Shown here: piece after piece, positions 9,578 to 20,219 of the stretch
Numbering within the stretch: position 1 is the stretch's first letter
Layout: the number at the start of each line of letters is the position of its first letter
Source of the DNA: Chthonomonadia bacterium
GTDB lineage: Bacteria; Armatimonadota; HRBIN16
Reading direction: 5' to 3'
NCBI GenBank assembly: GCA_013314755.1
Contig: JABUFA010000021.1
Span: 251 to 64,250, forward strand
DNA length: 64,000 nt
The notes under the pieces: generated by a model
The model's input: only the letters and a program-made list of their open reading frames with translations
Database searches by the model: none
Told to the model about the DNA's origin: nothing
Translations under genes and position numbers: made by a program

Positions 9578-12040
9578 ATGCCTGCTCTGCGAAACGGTTT
9601 CTTCACGGTAGAGCGCCAGCAAACCGCGCTGGTTGACCTGCACTGCGACCCGACGGGCAAAGCCCGCCCCAGCCAGACCTTCTGCCTGAGCCTGATTCCC
9701 GAAGGCTGGGAGTGGACACCTCGCACCGCCGAGCACCAGACCGAAACCGAAGCCACCATCGAGCCGCTGGAGGTCTGGCATCCTGAACCGATACTCCTGC
9801 AGAGCGGCGGCGAGGTGACCTTCCCCGAACGGCTGGAGAAGGGACACACGCTGGCGCAGACCTTCCGCATCGCACCCGGACAGCAGTTTCGCACCGTCGC
9901 CGTACACCTGCCCACATGGCATACCTCCGATTCCGCCTGCACGCTCAGCCTTTTCGCCGGGGACAGACTGCTTGCCTCACGCCGGCTGGAAAACGTCCCC
10001 GATAACTCCTGGCAGTCGCTGACGCTGGACGAACCGCAGGGCGAAGGCGAGTACATCGTGCAGATTTCCGACCCTGAAGGCTCTATCGGCTGGTGGAGCA
10101 GTCAGAAGGACGTATGGGCAGGTGGCACTGCGCTGGTAGACGCTCAGTCGGTGCCGCGCGACCGTGCGCTCCGGGTGGATGTTCGTCGCCGGGTGGGGGA
10201 GGGGCGCCTGCGTTATCGCCTGCAGAGAGAGGTGTTGCATGTGGAGGCGGAACTGCTCTCTGCTTCTGTACCGCCCGCCCCTCTGCAGTGGACATGGAGC
10301 ACCTCATGGACTAAATCGGGCTACGACTGCACGCCACGCGCGGGCGTGGTGTTCAGCCGCTTCTTTACCAGCAATCAGCGCTACATGCCCGTCCAGCAAC
10401 TGAAGCGCCGCGACCATGCTGGACTGTCGTTTGACGGCTGTCAGTGGATTGAGATGGAAGGCACGCGCGACGCCGACCTGCGCATTGAGGGGGAAGCACT
10501 GCACCTGCACTGGGAGATGGAAGAGAAGCGGATGTACCTGCGCCTGCATACACCTTATCAACAGGAGGGAGACCGATGGGGCGTGCGATGGGCGATACGT
10601 ACCCTGCCTCGCGCCGACTCGGTTCCTGCCGACTTTCCACGCTTCCTCTGCCCTCAGCGCAGGCTGCAGGAGGATGTGAACCGCTTCTGGTGGGAGCGAG
10701 CCTTCACCTATCCTTCGCCGGCAGGTCCCGCGGCGTGGTTCGAGTGGATGGCGACTATGCGGTGCTGGTACGACGGCGCACAGCGACAGGGCGAAATGAA
10801 CCAGCTGCGCACCTATCCCATGAGCAAAGAGGGATACGTGCACACCTGGGGTGCGCTGGAAGGCTGGCCCTTCCCGCCCTCGCCACCGTACGACACCCGC
10901 CACTTCGACACGAACGCCCGCTTCATCCTTGCTTGCTGGCGGTTTTATCTGTGGACGGGTGACCGCGAGTTCCTGCGCAGTCAATCCGACCGCCTGCGCC
11001 GCGCCATGGCGTATCAGCTGGAGACGCTGAAAGGACACGAGGGATTAATTATCACCGCCAGCAAGGACGTCACCGGCAGACACAAAGGGGTGGGCAATAA
11101 CTACTGGGACATCCTGCCTTTTGGGCATCTGGACGCCTATGCCAACGCCGTCTACTATGCCAGCATTGACGCCATGCGGGGCATCGACGAGGTTCTGCGC
11201 TTGCGCCCGCTGACCGACTACCATGCCCTTCGCCAGAAGGTACACCGCCGCTACGACGAGGTCTTCTGGGACGAGCGAGCAGGGCGTTATATCGGCTGTG
11301 TGGACGTGGACGGCGTGCGCCACGACTACGGCTTTACCTTTGTGAACCTGGAGGCGCTGTACTACGGGCTGGGCGACGCGCAGAAGGCACGACGCATCTT
11401 CCGCTGGATGGAGACCGAACCCACCTCTACCGGCAAGGCGGATACCTACAGCCGATGGATATTTGCCCCACGCGCCAACACCATCCACAACCCAATGTGG
11501 GGCGATAACGCGCCACCCGAAGAGCGTAACAGCCCTGTTCCCCCGTGGTGGCACTTCGGATGGCACGGCACACCCTATGGCGACCAGTGTCAGGACGGCG
11601 GGGCAATCCTGTATACCTCCTACTTTGACCTGATGGTGCGCCTGCGCTACTTTGGGGCAGAGAACGCCTGGAAGCGGTTCAGCGAAATCCTTGCCCGCTA
11701 CCGAATGCCCGACCGCCTGTGCGGAGGTCCGCCGCTGTATCGCGGGGAGATACCGCAACAGGAGAACCCCGGTCAGGTGGGCGTGGACCTGCCTTTCCCC
11801 GAAAGCGGGCTGGTTCCCTGCTTCCTGCTGTACGGGGTGCTGGGCGTGGAAGCCACTGTAGAGGGGTTACGCATCGCGCCAAAGTTACCCCGAACCCTGC
11901 CCTCTCTGGGCGTGGATGGTGTGAACTACCGGGGGAACCGGCTTCGCATCACCGCCAGCCCGCGCGAGGTGCTGGTGGAGGGTGTCTGGCAGGGCAGGCA
12001 GTTCCGCCGCCGGTTCCCACCAGAAGGGGGGACACTATAG
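9578..12040 (+). CDS. (alpha/alpha)6 six-hairpin glycosidase-like protein
   Basis: DTNARFILACWRFYLWTGDREFL, NNYWDILPFGHLDAYANAVYY and FWDERAGRY resemble GH116/GH78/GH63-type barrels. Start moved to ATG 9578 (GGAGG). Confidence 0.7.
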   Translation: MPALRNGFFTVERQQTALVDLHCDPTGKARPSQTFCLSLIPEGWEWTPRTAEHQTETEATIEPLEVWHPEPILLQSGGEVTFPERLEKGHTLAQTFRIAPGQQFRTVAVHLPTWHTSDSACTLSLFAGDRLLASRRLENVPDNSWQSLTLDEPQGEGEYIVQISDPEGSIGWWSSQKDVWAGGTALVDAQSVPRDRALRVDVRRRVGEGRLRYRLQREVLHVEAELLSASVPPAPLQWTWSTSWTKSGYDCTPRAGVVFSRFFTSNQRYMPVQQLKRRDHAGLSFDGCQWIEMEGTRDADLRIEGEALHLHWEMEEKRMYLRLHTPYQQEGDRWGVRWAIRTLPRADSVPADFPRFLCPQRRLQEDVNRFWWERAFTYPSPAGPAAWFEWMATMRCWYDGAQRQGEMNQLRTYPMSKEGYVHTWGALEGWPFPPSPPYDTRHFDTNARFILACWRFYLWTGDREFLRSQSDRLRRAMAYQLETLKGHEGLIITASKDVTGRHKGVGNNYWDILPFGHLDAYANAVYYASIDAMRGIDEVLRLRPLTDYHALRQKVHRRYDEVFWDERAGRYIGCVDVDGVRHDYGFTFVNLEALYYGLGDAQKARRIFRWMETEPTSTGKADTYSRWIFAPRANTIHNPMWGDNAPPEERNSPVPPWWHFGWHGTPYGDQCQDGGAILYTSYFDLMVRLRYFGAENAWKRFSEILARYRMPDRLCGGPPLYRGEIPQQENPGQVGVDLPFPESGLVPCFLLYGVLGVEATVEGLRIAPKLPRTLPSLGVDGVNYRGNRLRITASPREVLVEGVWQGRQFRRRFPPEGGTL

Positions 12041-12144
12041 ATCCCCGTTTGGACATCGTTGGAAACCTCACAGGTTCTTCAAAGCGAATAGACAGGTGAG
12101 AACTCCAGCATGGACACAAAACACGATGTTGCGGAGACCAGAAG

Positions 12145-12603
12145 ATGAAGCTATTTCGCTTTGAGACCGAACAGACTATCCCTGCGCCCCTGGAGGAGGT
12201 GTGGGAGTTCTTCTCCAGCCCTGTAAACCTTAAGACTATCACTCCTCCCTACATGGGCTTTGACATCCTGACGCCAGTGCCCAACAGGATGGAACCCGGG
12301 CTGATTATCGCCTACACCGTGCGACCACTTCTGGGCATCCCCATGTTCTGGGTTACCGAAATCACACACGTTGACCCCCTGCGCTTTTTCGTGGACGAAC
12401 AGCGGTTTGGTCCATATCGGTTTTGGCATCATCGCCACACCTTTGTTCCTGTTGAGGGCGGGGTACACATGAGCGACCTGGTATACTACGCCCTGCCGGT
12501 GCCGGTGATTGATGGAATTGTGAATCGCCTGGTGGTGCGCCCGCGCATTGAGGAGATTTTCGCCTTCCGGCGCCAGAAGATTATCGAACTGTTCGGTAAA
12601 TAG
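12145..12603 (+). CDS. SRPBCC family protein
   Basis: PLEEVWEFFSSPVNLKTITPP, WVTEIT, FVDEQRFGPYRFWHHRHTF. Confidence 0.85.
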   Translation: MKLFRFETEQTIPAPLEEVWEFFSSPVNLKTITPPYMGFDILTPVPNRMEPGLIIAYTVRPLLGIPMFWVTEITHVDPLRFFVDEQRFGPYRFWHHRHTFVPVEGGVHMSDLVYYALPVPVIDGIVNRLVVRPRIEEIFAFRRQKIIELFGK

Positions 12604-12611
12604 GGGGATGT

Positions 12612-13646
12612 TCACTTCATCCCGCACAGTTTTTTGTACAGTTCGATAACCCGTCTCACGTAGGTCTGCGTCTCGCGGTAGGGAGGTACGCCTCCGTATT
12701 TGCGCACCGCGCCCGAACCCGCGTTGTACGCCGCCATCGCGAGGATGATGTCGTTCCAGCTAACGGTTCCCTCTCGGTAAGCACGCCCGCCCGAATAGGT
12801 GTTCAGGTGTCCGTGCAGAAGGCGTATCGCGCCCGCCAGATTTTGCACGGGGTCAAAGGGGTTGCTGACACCAAGACCGCGAGCTGTGCGAGGCATTAAT
12901 TGCCCAAGCCCCATAGCGCCCGCCCGGGAGACCGCATCCGGTCGAAAGCCCGACTCTGCCAGCACCATCGCCACCACCAGGCGCGGGTCCACCCGATAGT
13001 ACCAGCTGAAGGCAAGGATGCTGTTGGTAATCACCTCCACCTGCTGAGGCTTGAGCCGGGGGTTGAAACGCGAGATAGCACGGGCATAAGCATCGTATAC
13101 TGCGCTGTGCCACTGCTCAAAGGTGATAACCGTTCCCTGAGCGGTGCGCATGGGCGTGCTGAAGCGTGATGCCAGGGGGCGCAGGTTGGAAGAACGCGCT
13201 GGAGGTTTGGGAGTCTGTTTTTTCTGCTGTTCGGCTTCCCACCGAGCGATGTCCGCCTCATGCACCGCCTGAATCAGCTCGGCATCGCTCAGACCAACGA
13301 GGTTGCTCTCGCCCACGCGCAGAAGCACCCGCAGGCGCGCACCGATTTGCTCCTGCAAAGCCACATGACCTGCCGCCCGTGGATACACCGACGCCCCATC
13401 TTCCGACTGAAGAACCAGCACCACTGCATCGCCTACCCGGCTGGTGCCGCGCACTGTCGCGGTGAACTCCACCACTCTGCCACGGTACGCCTCCACGTTC
13501 TGCTGGACGATGCTGATGCCGCCCACCGGCACCGCTTTCAGCGACTGGCGCGCCTTCACGTAGCTCGCCACATCTGCCTGAAGCGGTACACTCCAGCAGA
13601 CCAGCAGAATTATGCATACCCAGCGCAGATACATGCCCTGCCTCAC
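12612..13646 (-). CDS. secreted lytic transglycosylase (SLT domain)
   Basis: Signal peptide; [37 protein letters not shown]. Confidence 0.9.
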   Translation of the reverse strand: MRQGMYLRWVCIILLVCWSVPLQADVASYVKARQSLKAVPVGGISIVQQNVEAYRGRVVEFTATVRGTSRVGDAVVLVLQSEDGASVYPRAAGHVALQEQIGARLRVLLRVGESNLVGLSDAELIQAVHEADIARWEAEQQKKQTPKPPARSSNLRPLASRFSTPMRTAQGTVITFEQWHSAVYDAYARAISRFNPRLKPQQVEVITNSILAFSWYYRVDPRLVVAMVLAESGFRPDAVSRAGAMGLGQLMPRTARGLGVSNPFDPVQNLAGAIRLLHGHLNTYSGGRAYREGTVSWNDIILAMAAYNAGSGAVRKYGGVPPYRETQTYVRRVIELYKKLCGMK

Positions 13647-15940
13647 TGTTCCGGTCGGTCAATAGCATTATTCCATTTTTGGCTGGTTGCCGTCAAAAAT
13701 CCTGCACACCAGCCCACCGCTACCAGCGCAAAGTAAAGGCATACCCTTAACAGGTCGGGAGCGTAGCGAAGCAATACCCTCTGCGTGCCGGCAGCAACCT
13801 GCACCCGCTGAAACGTGCCGTCCAGCATCTCTACTTTTCCGGCAGGCTCCACCTTCCATCCCGGCGCAAAGGTCTGCAGGACGTGCAGGCTGCCTGTCTC
13901 CTCTGGCAGGAGCACCTCCAGCCGATTGCACCCCTGCCAGCGAAAGGTGCATTCGCGCCCGTCTTCGGTGCGCACCCACGGACGTGTGCCCATTACCTCG
14001 TACAGCCTTCCCTCCGCGCCCTCTGCGAGCAGCTTCAACCCCGGCTCGGCGAGCGGTTGCACCGACAGCACATACTTCACCCCCACCTCCGCCAGCCTGT
14101 CTGCAGGGGCGCGCCAGCCCAGCGCCATGTTGCCGTTCTCGACGGGCGCGGAGTCCCTGCCGTTCAGCTCGTCCAGCCAGCGTTTGGCGTGCAAAGGCAT
14201 CAGCGAGTCGTAAATCTGCAGGTCATACAGCCCTGCGGCGGTGGCAAGGTTGGGTGGCAGTATCGCCTGCGGTGCGCGATAGAGGCTCCATCCCCCCTGC
14301 ACCGCGAAGATTCGCCATCTGCCCTCGGTCAGGGTCTGCAGTTGCTGGAGGAGAGGTGTGGAGGGATAGACGTTTTGCGCCGGCGAGGCAGGGTTGTACC
14401 CTGTACCCACCACCCACAGCGCACCTGCCACACACAGGGTCAGCACCCCCTGCGAAAAAGCAGGCTTCCACCCGCGCCGCTTTCCATAGAGCACTGCTCC
14501 TGCACCCAGCAGGGTCAGCGCAACACCCTGCACCAGGAAGGGCAATTGCGCCCCCAGCAGCTCGGCGAACGCCTCTTCGCCCAGGGACTGCCCCGCCATC
14601 GTCCGAGCGGAGAGCACTCCCACCGCAAGGAGCACCAGCAGAGCCGCCGCCGTCATCAGCCACTGCCTGCGCGATGCCTCCGCCAGCCGTTCTGCACCCA
14701 GCCCTGCCAGCAGAGCAGTTCCAAATGCCCACAGCACCAGCACCCGCGCGGGGGAGCCGGTGCCGCTGAAGCCGGGCACGCCGAAGTACAGCAGTGCGTT
14801 GAGCGGTGTGCCCAGAGCCAGCAACATCGCCAGAGTTGCCAGAATCAGCGCGTAAACCCGCCACGCCGAGCGATGCGCAAACGCCCCCAGCCCCGCCAGA
14901 AGCAGAGCAGGTATGCCCATGAAGCAGGCAAACTCCGCGTAGTTGCCCTTGCCCCAGTAGGTGCTGACATCAGGAGCGTCAGTACTGGCTGTGCTCGGAT
15001 GCCCAAAGAAGTCAGGCAGGAAAAGGGTTATCAGGTTGGCGAGAGGCATGGCACTGCCTACGTACGCCGAGTAGCCCTCCGCAGTAGCAGGAGCACGACG
15101 GTGGGAGTAACGCGAGAGTTCTACGGCGGGCAGTACTTGCGGCGCACTCAGCGACAGCGCAACGGCAAACGCCAGCGCGAGGGTAGCGAGACGTATCCCC
15201 AGCGTGCCCTTCCACAGGGAAAATAGCGATGCCACCCGAATTGCGCTCGCCAGTATCACGTAGAAGGCTATCTGCAGATGCCCAGCCAGCAGGCATAACC
15301 CCATCGTCGCGCCCCACCAGGTCGCCCGGTGCACATCCGGTGAGCGACACCACGCCGAACATGCCACCAGCACCCACGGCAGCCACGAGGCTGTTGCAGG
15401 CACGGTGGGCAGATACTGCCAGGTGACCATCCACAGCGAAAAGGCGAAAGCTACCGCCCCCGTCAGAGCGGGGACGAAACCAACACCCGCATCCCGGCGC
15501 AGGAGCCACCAGACGCCCATTCCCGCCCACCACACGTGCCATGCGGCAAGCCACCCAAACGCCCCGGCGCCAAGCCACGCGAACAGCGCGTTTGGCGGAT
15601 AGAATACAGCGGACTGACTGTTGGCGTAAAGCGGGTAGCCCATGCCCTGATGGGGGTTCCACAGGGGAAGCCACCCCTCGCGCCACATGCGGGCGGTGTA
15701 CAGACGCCACGCCCCGAACTGTGCGGCGCCATCCCACATCAGCGGGTTCCAGGGAGGCGGCGTTTCGCCAGTGAAGGCACGATAGGGGTACGTCCAGAAC
15801 AGGAGGCGCGTGGGGAGCCACACCCGCCCTCCGGTCAGCGCAGGAACGAAAAACAGCCCGACCAGCAGAGCCAGTATCAGCGCGGCGGAGACGGTTTCCT
15901 TAGAACTGGAGAAACTGAATCTGCTTGAGCGCGACCTCAT
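13643..15940 (-). CDS. YfhO-family (GT-C-like) polytopic membrane protein
   Basis: [16 protein letters not shown], many TM helices, C-terminal loop ending ...LRYAP. Start uncertain; ATG 15940 overlaps the TPR gene. Confidence 0.8.
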   Translation of the reverse strand: MRSRSSRFSFSSSKETVSAALILALLVGLFFVPALTGGRVWLPTRLLFWTYPYRAFTGETPPPWNPLMWDGAAQFGAWRLYTARMWREGWLPLWNPHQGMGYPLYANSQSAVFYPPNALFAWLGAGAFGWLAAWHVWWAGMGVWWLLRRDAGVGFVPALTGAVAFAFSLWMVTWQYLPTVPATASWLPWVLVACSAWCRSPDVHRATWWGATMGLCLLAGHLQIAFYVILASAIRVASLFSLWKGTLGIRLATLALAFAVALSLSAPQVLPAVELSRYSHRRAPATAEGYSAYVGSAMPLANLITLFLPDFFGHPSTASTDAPDVSTYWGKGNYAEFACFMGIPALLLAGLGAFAHRSAWRVYALILATLAMLLALGTPLNALLYFGVPGFSGTGSPARVLVLWAFGTALLAGLGAERLAEASRRQWLMTAAALLVLLAVGVLSARTMAGQSLGEEAFAELLGAQLPFLVQGVALTLLGAGAVLYGKRRGWKPAFSQGVLTLCVAGALWVVGTGYNPASPAQNVYPSTPLLQQLQTLTEGRWRIFAVQGGWSLYRAPQAILPPNLATAAGLYDLQIYDSLMPLHAKRWLDELNGRDSAPVENGNMALGWRAPADRLAEVGVKYVLSVQPLAEPGLKLLAEGAEGRLYEVMGTRPWVRTEDGRECTFRWQGCNRLEVLLPEETGSLHVLQTFAPGWKVEPAGKVEMLDGTFQRVQVAAGTQRVLLRYAPDLLRVCLYFALVAVGWCAGFLTATSQKWNNAIDRPEQ

Positions 15941-16253
15941 TGGTCGGGTCCTGGCGCAACACCTCTTCGAACTGCGCGCGCGCCTCCTCGTACATGCCGA
16001 GCATGGCGTAAGTGAGCGCAAGGTCGTTGCGGATGGCTACATTTCGCCCATCTATCTGCACCGCTCGCTCCAGCTCCGCCAGCGATTGCTCGAACTCGCC
16101 GATAAACCCCAGTACCAGCCCCAGCTGATGGTGCACCTCTGCGTTGTTGGGGGCAAGCTGCAACGCCTGGCGCAGCTCCGCCAGCGCCTCTTCATACTGT
16201 CCGTTGATTTTATACGCGACGCCGCGCTCGAGGTGGGATTGCACATCCCCCAT
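15900..16253 (-). CDS. tetratricopeptide repeat protein
   Basis: About 3 TPR repeats (YEEALAELRQALQLAP, LGLVLG, ARAQFEEVLRQDP). Confidence 0.88.
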   Translation of the reverse strand: MGDVQSHLERGVAYKINGQYEEALAELRQALQLAPNNAEVHHQLGLVLGFIGEFEQSLAELERAVQIDGRNVAIRNDLALTYAMLGMYEEARAQFEEVLRQDPTNEVALKQIQFLQF

Positions 16254-16382
16254 AGCCCGGTAGCCCTCCAGTGTCAGATATCCCTCGCCGTTCCCGTTCC
16301 AAACGGCAAGGCAGTCCTTTGGATAAATAACAATAAATCCTCATCCGCCGCTACCTCTTATCCGAGCGATAGCGTCAACGAA

Positions 16383-16411
16383 AGTATAGCAGTTTTGCCC
16401 GATAAAAGCAA
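16383..16411 (-). promoter_or_regulatory. sigma70-type promoter for TPR-YfhO-SLT
   Basis: Minus strand TTGCTT-17 bp-TATACT. Confidence 0.55.
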
Positions 16412-16430
16412 GAGACGTTTGCCTGTTTTT

Positions 16431-17774
16431 TTACTCCTCGCTGAGCGCGCGGCGCATCGCCTGCACGAAATCGTCCATCTCCTGGCGCGTGCGCTTCTCG
16501 GTAACTGCTATCAGCAAGTGGTGCTCGCGACCGCGCTCGTAACGGCTGAGCGGCAGTCCCGCCAGATAGCCCGGAAGCAGTGCCTCCACCACCTCCTCCG
16601 CCGGGCGCGGCAGGCTGATAACGAACTCTTTGAAAAAGCGTGCCTGCGGATACACCATCTGCACGCCGGGCAGCTCGGTCAACCGCTTCGCCAGATAGTG
16701 CGACTTCTGCAGGCACAGGTTTGCCACCCGACGCAGTCCCTGTTTGCCCAGTGCGCTGAGATAAACTGCCGCCGACAGCGCCATCAACGCCTCGTTGGTG
16801 CAGATGTTGGAGGTCGCCCGCTCGCGGCGGATGTCCTGTTCACGGGTGCGCAGAGTCATCACAAAGCCTCGACGCCCCTCCACATCCACCGTCTCGCCGA
16901 TGATGCGCCCCGGCAGGCGACGCACATACTCTTCTTTACAGGCGTAGAAGCCCAGAAGCGGACCGCCAAATCCCATCGCCAGCCCCAGCGGCTGTCCTTC
17001 TCCAACCACCACATCCACGCCGTACTCGCCCGGCGGCTTCAGTACTCCCAGCGCAATCGGGTCCACCGCCACAATCGCCAGCGCGCCCTGTCGATGAGCC
17101 AGCTCGGTTAGATCCGCCATCGGCTCCAGATTGCCGTAGAAGTTGGGGTTCTGCCACAGGACGCATGCTGTGCCGTCTGCTACTGGCACGTCCAGCCGGG
17201 TGACGCCATCCTCGCCGCAGGGGATTTCCTGCACCTCCAGGTCCGCTGCGCTGGCGTAGGTGCGCACCACATGCCGGTAGTGCGGATGCACGCTCCCTGA
17301 AATCACAATCCGCCGGCGCCCGGTGTGGTGCCATGCCATCAGCGCCGCTTCTGCCAGAGCGGTCGCCCCGTCGTACATGGAGGCGTTGCTCACCTCCATG
17401 CCGGTCAGCCCGCAAATCATCGTCTGGTATTCAAACATCGCCTGCAGGATGCCCTGGCTGACCTCCGGCTGGTAGGGCGTGTAGGCGGTCAGAAACTCGC
17501 CGCGGGAGATGATTGCTTCAATCACCGCCGGGGCGAAATGGTCGTAGATGCCAGCCCCTAAGAAGCAGACACTTTGTGAAGCGTCCAGATTCTGCGCCGA
17601 CAGCCGCCGGGCATGTGCCGTCAGCGCAATTTCGTCCATTCCCTTCGGCAGGTTCAGCAGTCCTCGAAAACGCACCTCCTCCGGGATTTCGGCAAACAGC
17701 TGCTCGATGCTGTCCACGCCGATTGCCCGGAGCATACGCTGGCGGTCGGCATCGGTATGCGGGATATAGCTCAT
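16431..17774 (-). CDS. gcvPA: glycine dehydrogenase subunit 1
   Basis: FLGAGIY, EFLTAYTPYQPEVSQG, NASMYDGATA, LRTREQDIRRERATSNICTN. Confidence 0.95.
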   Translation of the reverse strand: MSYIPHTDADRQRMLRAIGVDSIEQLFAEIPEEVRFRGLLNLPKGMDEIALTAHARRLSAQNLDASQSVCFLGAGIYDHFAPAVIEAIISRGEFLTAYTPYQPEVSQGILQAMFEYQTMICGLTGMEVSNASMYDGATALAEAALMAWHHTGRRRIVISGSVHPHYRHVVRTYASAADLEVQEIPCGEDGVTRLDVPVADGTACVLWQNPNFYGNLEPMADLTELAHRQGALAIVAVDPIALGVLKPPGEYGVDVVVGEGQPLGLAMGFGGPLLGFYACKEEYVRRLPGRIIGETVDVEGRRGFVMTLRTREQDIRRERATSNICTNEALMALSAAVYLSALGKQGLRRVANLCLQKSHYLAKRLTELPGVQMVYPQARFFKEFVISLPRPAEEVVEALLPGYLAGLPLSRYERGREHHLLIAVTEKRTRQEMDDFVQAMRRALSEE

Positions 17775-18163
17775 GCCTTCTGTCGCTCCTCAATATATGC
17801 CGCGTATTGCTCGGCGGTGAGCAGAGACTCCACCTCGGCGGGGTTCGTCATCTGCACCTTAATCAGCCAGCCCTCGCCGTACGGGTCCTCGTTCAGCAGT
17901 TCATAGCGTTCACTCACCGCCGGGTTCGTTTCCACCACCTCGCCTGCGACGGGCGCATACAGGTCCGCCACCGCCTTCACCGACTCCACCGTGCCGAACA
18001 TCTCATCGGTCTGCAGAACCCGTCCCGGCTCCGGCAGCTCCACGTACACGATGTCGCCCAGTTCGGATTGCGCGTAGTCGGTGATGCCGATGGTGGCGAT
18101 GTCGCCTTCCACGCGCACCCACTCGTCGGTTTTGGAATATCGTAAATCGCTCGGAATGTTCAT
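17771..18163 (-). CDS. gcvH: glycine cleavage H protein
   Basis: GITDYAQSELGDIVYVELP, lipoyl-Lys in VESVKA, EDPYGEGWL. Confidence 0.96.
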   Translation of the reverse strand: MNIPSDLRYSKTDEWVRVEGDIATIGITDYAQSELGDIVYVELPEPGRVLQTDEMFGTVESVKAVADLYAPVAGEVVETNPAVSERYELLNEDPYGEGWLIKVQMTNPAEVESLLTAEQYAAYIEERQKA

Positions 18164-18181
18164 CAGATGCCCTCCATCTCC

Positions 18182-19276
18182 TTATACGTGACTGACAAAC
18201 CTTCTTGATACCACCTTCGCTGGCACGGCTTTGCCGCGCATATCCACCTGCACTTCGCTACCGGTAGCGGCATACTCGCGGCTGACGAAAGCCATGGCGA
18301 TGCTCTTCTCCAGCGTGGGCGAAAAGGTTCCGCTGGTTATTTCGCCAACAGCTTGCCCGTTTACCTGCACCGCATAGCCCTGTCGCGCCACCATGCGCCC
18401 CTCCACTTCCAGCCCAACCAGTCTGCGTGATGCACCCTGCTCGCGAACGCGGCGGATGACCTCCGCGCCGATGAAGTCTTTCTCCTTGCTGACCACCCAG
18501 CCCAGCCCCGCCTCGATGGGGTTAATCGTCTCGCTCAGCTCGTGACCGTACAGGGGATACCCTGCCTCGATGCGCAGAACGTCCCGTGCGCCCAGTCCAC
18601 AGGGCACTGCTCCTGCCTCGTACAGGGCGTTCCACAGCCGTTCCGCTGCTGAGGCGTCTACTATCAGCTCCACCCCATCTTCGCCGGTGTAACCAGTGCG
18701 CGCCACCAGCACTGTACGTCCCTGCCACTCTACAGTACCAGCGTGGAATCGGGGCAGTTGCTCCAGCGGCTGAGCGAACAACCGACTGACCAGCCCAACC
18801 GCCTCGGGACCCTGTACGGCAATCATGGCGGTTTGAGCGGTCCTATCCTCCAGCGAGACCGACGGGGGCAGGTGCTGTGTTATCCATGCTCTGTCCTTGT
18901 CGGCGTTGGCGGCGTTCACCACCACCAGCAGATGGTCTGCCGTCAGGCGGTATACGATGATATCGTCGATGACGCCGCCTTGTGGATTGGTGAGAAGCGA
19001 ATACTGCGCAGACCCATCGGTAAGGGCGGAAACGTCGTTGGTGGTCAGATTCTCGAGGGCAGAGATAGCGTCTGCACCGTACAGGTGGAACCTGCCCATG
19101 TGGCTGATATCGAACATGCCCACCTGCTGGCGCACGGCACGCGCCTCCTCAATGATACCGCTGTACTGCACGGGCATCCACCACCCGGCAAACTCCACCA
19201 TGCGCGCGCCCATGCGTGGATGCACTTCGGCAAGGGGCGTGCGCCGAAGTTCAGTGTGCTCTGTCGCCATTGACAC
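18182..19276 (-). CDS. gcvT: glycine cleavage aminomethyltransferase
   Basis: FAGWWMPVQY, FDISHMG, RTGYTGEDG, GLGARDVLRIEAGYPLYG. Start may be 19270. Confidence 0.96.
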   Translation of the reverse strand: MSMATEHTELRRTPLAEVHPRMGARMVEFAGWWMPVQYSGIIEEARAVRQQVGMFDISHMGRFHLYGADAISALENLTTNDVSALTDGSAQYSLLTNPQGGVIDDIIVYRLTADHLLVVVNAANADKDRAWITQHLPPSVSLEDRTAQTAMIAVQGPEAVGLVSRLFAQPLEQLPRFHAGTVEWQGRTVLVARTGYTGEDGVELIVDASAAERLWNALYEAGAVPCGLGARDVLRIEAGYPLYGHELSETINPIEAGLGWVVSKEKDFIGAEVIRRVREQGASRRLVGLEVEGRMVARQGYAVQVNGQAVGEITSGTFSPTLEKSIAMAFVSREYAATGSEVQVDMRGKAVPAKVVSRRFVSHV

Positions 19277-20192
19277 CTCCTGTCTCGCGGGGCGGCACCG
19301 TTGCCCGCCCGATCAGTCGAATAAACCCAGAATGCACCTCCGCCCTTTCCATCACAAAGGCAGAGCCCAGCTTCAAATCGCGCCCAACATCCAGCACCGG
19401 ATTGAGGGCAGAAAGCACCTTCTGCGTTACCGCAGGAGGCAGGTCCTTGCCTTCCACCTGCAGCTGCACATCCGTCAAGAGCAGGCGCAAACCATCCTCC
19501 GCCACCTGCACCCTTCCGCTTGCCGAGAACCGCCACGGCACCAGCAGTGCAGATAGTTCCCCCTCCACCCGTATTCCCGAAGGGTCGATGCGCACCACCG
19601 GCGACTGAATTTCGGGCAGGCGGCGGCGAATGAAAGCCAGCAGTCCCTCTTCGTCCAGTTCTACCCAGCCCTCGCCCCATCCTGCACGAAACAGGCGTAT
19701 GCGCAGGTTGAACGCTGCGGCGCGTGAGTCCAGCACCACATCGGGGATGCTCGCTTCGAAACGGCGAATGGGCACGCCTGCTACACTGAAACGATTGAGC
19801 GCGACGGTTACCTGTCGCGCCTTACCCTGCCAGGCGGGTACAGGCTGTTCGGTAAAGAAGGGCATCTGTGCGGTGTGGAAGTCTGTTGCCTCCACATGAA
19901 TACGCTCTGCCCGTGCCAGCAGAACGCCCAGTGTGCCCCAGCGCGGCTCGATCCGCACATGTACACTGCCTGTTCCTCCCAGCTGCGCCAGGATCTGCCG
20001 TTCGGCGGCACGTTCCAGACGGCGGGTGTGTTCTCTGGCAGAGGAGACGACCAGCAGTAGCACCAGAACAACCTCTACCGCTCGACGGGTATCAATCGTC
20101 GCCACGCTCCCGACCAGAGTCCTGACCAGAGTTCTCAAACAGGATGCGGTAAAAACAGTACACCAGCAGCCCAGTGAAAAATGTCCACGCAC
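19251..20192 (-). CDS. LmeA/DUF2993-like protein
   Basis: N-terminal hydrophobic anchor followed by beta-rich repeats typical of DUF2993. Start uncertain. Confidence 0.6.
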   Translation of the reverse strand: MRGHFSLGCWCTVFTASCLRTLVRTLVGSVATIDTRRAVEVVLVLLLVVSSAREHTRRLERAAERQILAQLGGTGSVHVRIEPRWGTLGVLLARAERIHVEATDFHTAQMPFFTEQPVPAWQGKARQVTVALNRFSVAGVPIRRFEASIPDVVLDSRAAAFNLRIRLFRAGWGEGWVELDEEGLLAFIRRRLPEIQSPVVRIDPSGIRVEGELSALLVPWRFSASGRVQVAEDGLRLLLTDVQLQVEGKDLPPAVTQKVLSALNPVLDVGRDLKLGSAFVMERAEVHSGFIRLIGRATVPPRETGGVNGDRAH

Positions 20193-20219
20193 TCAGCATA
20201 AAAACCCAGCCCTGCCAGC

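Noticed and set aside
15810-17111. Long antisense or alternate-frame ORFs (e.g. 1384-2778, 13687-14769, 15810-17111, 23990-26326, 31623-33389, 40927-42369, 51022-52509)
   Set aside because: Shadow ORFs of GC-rich genes with clear homologues on the other strand or frame; no motifs or RBS.
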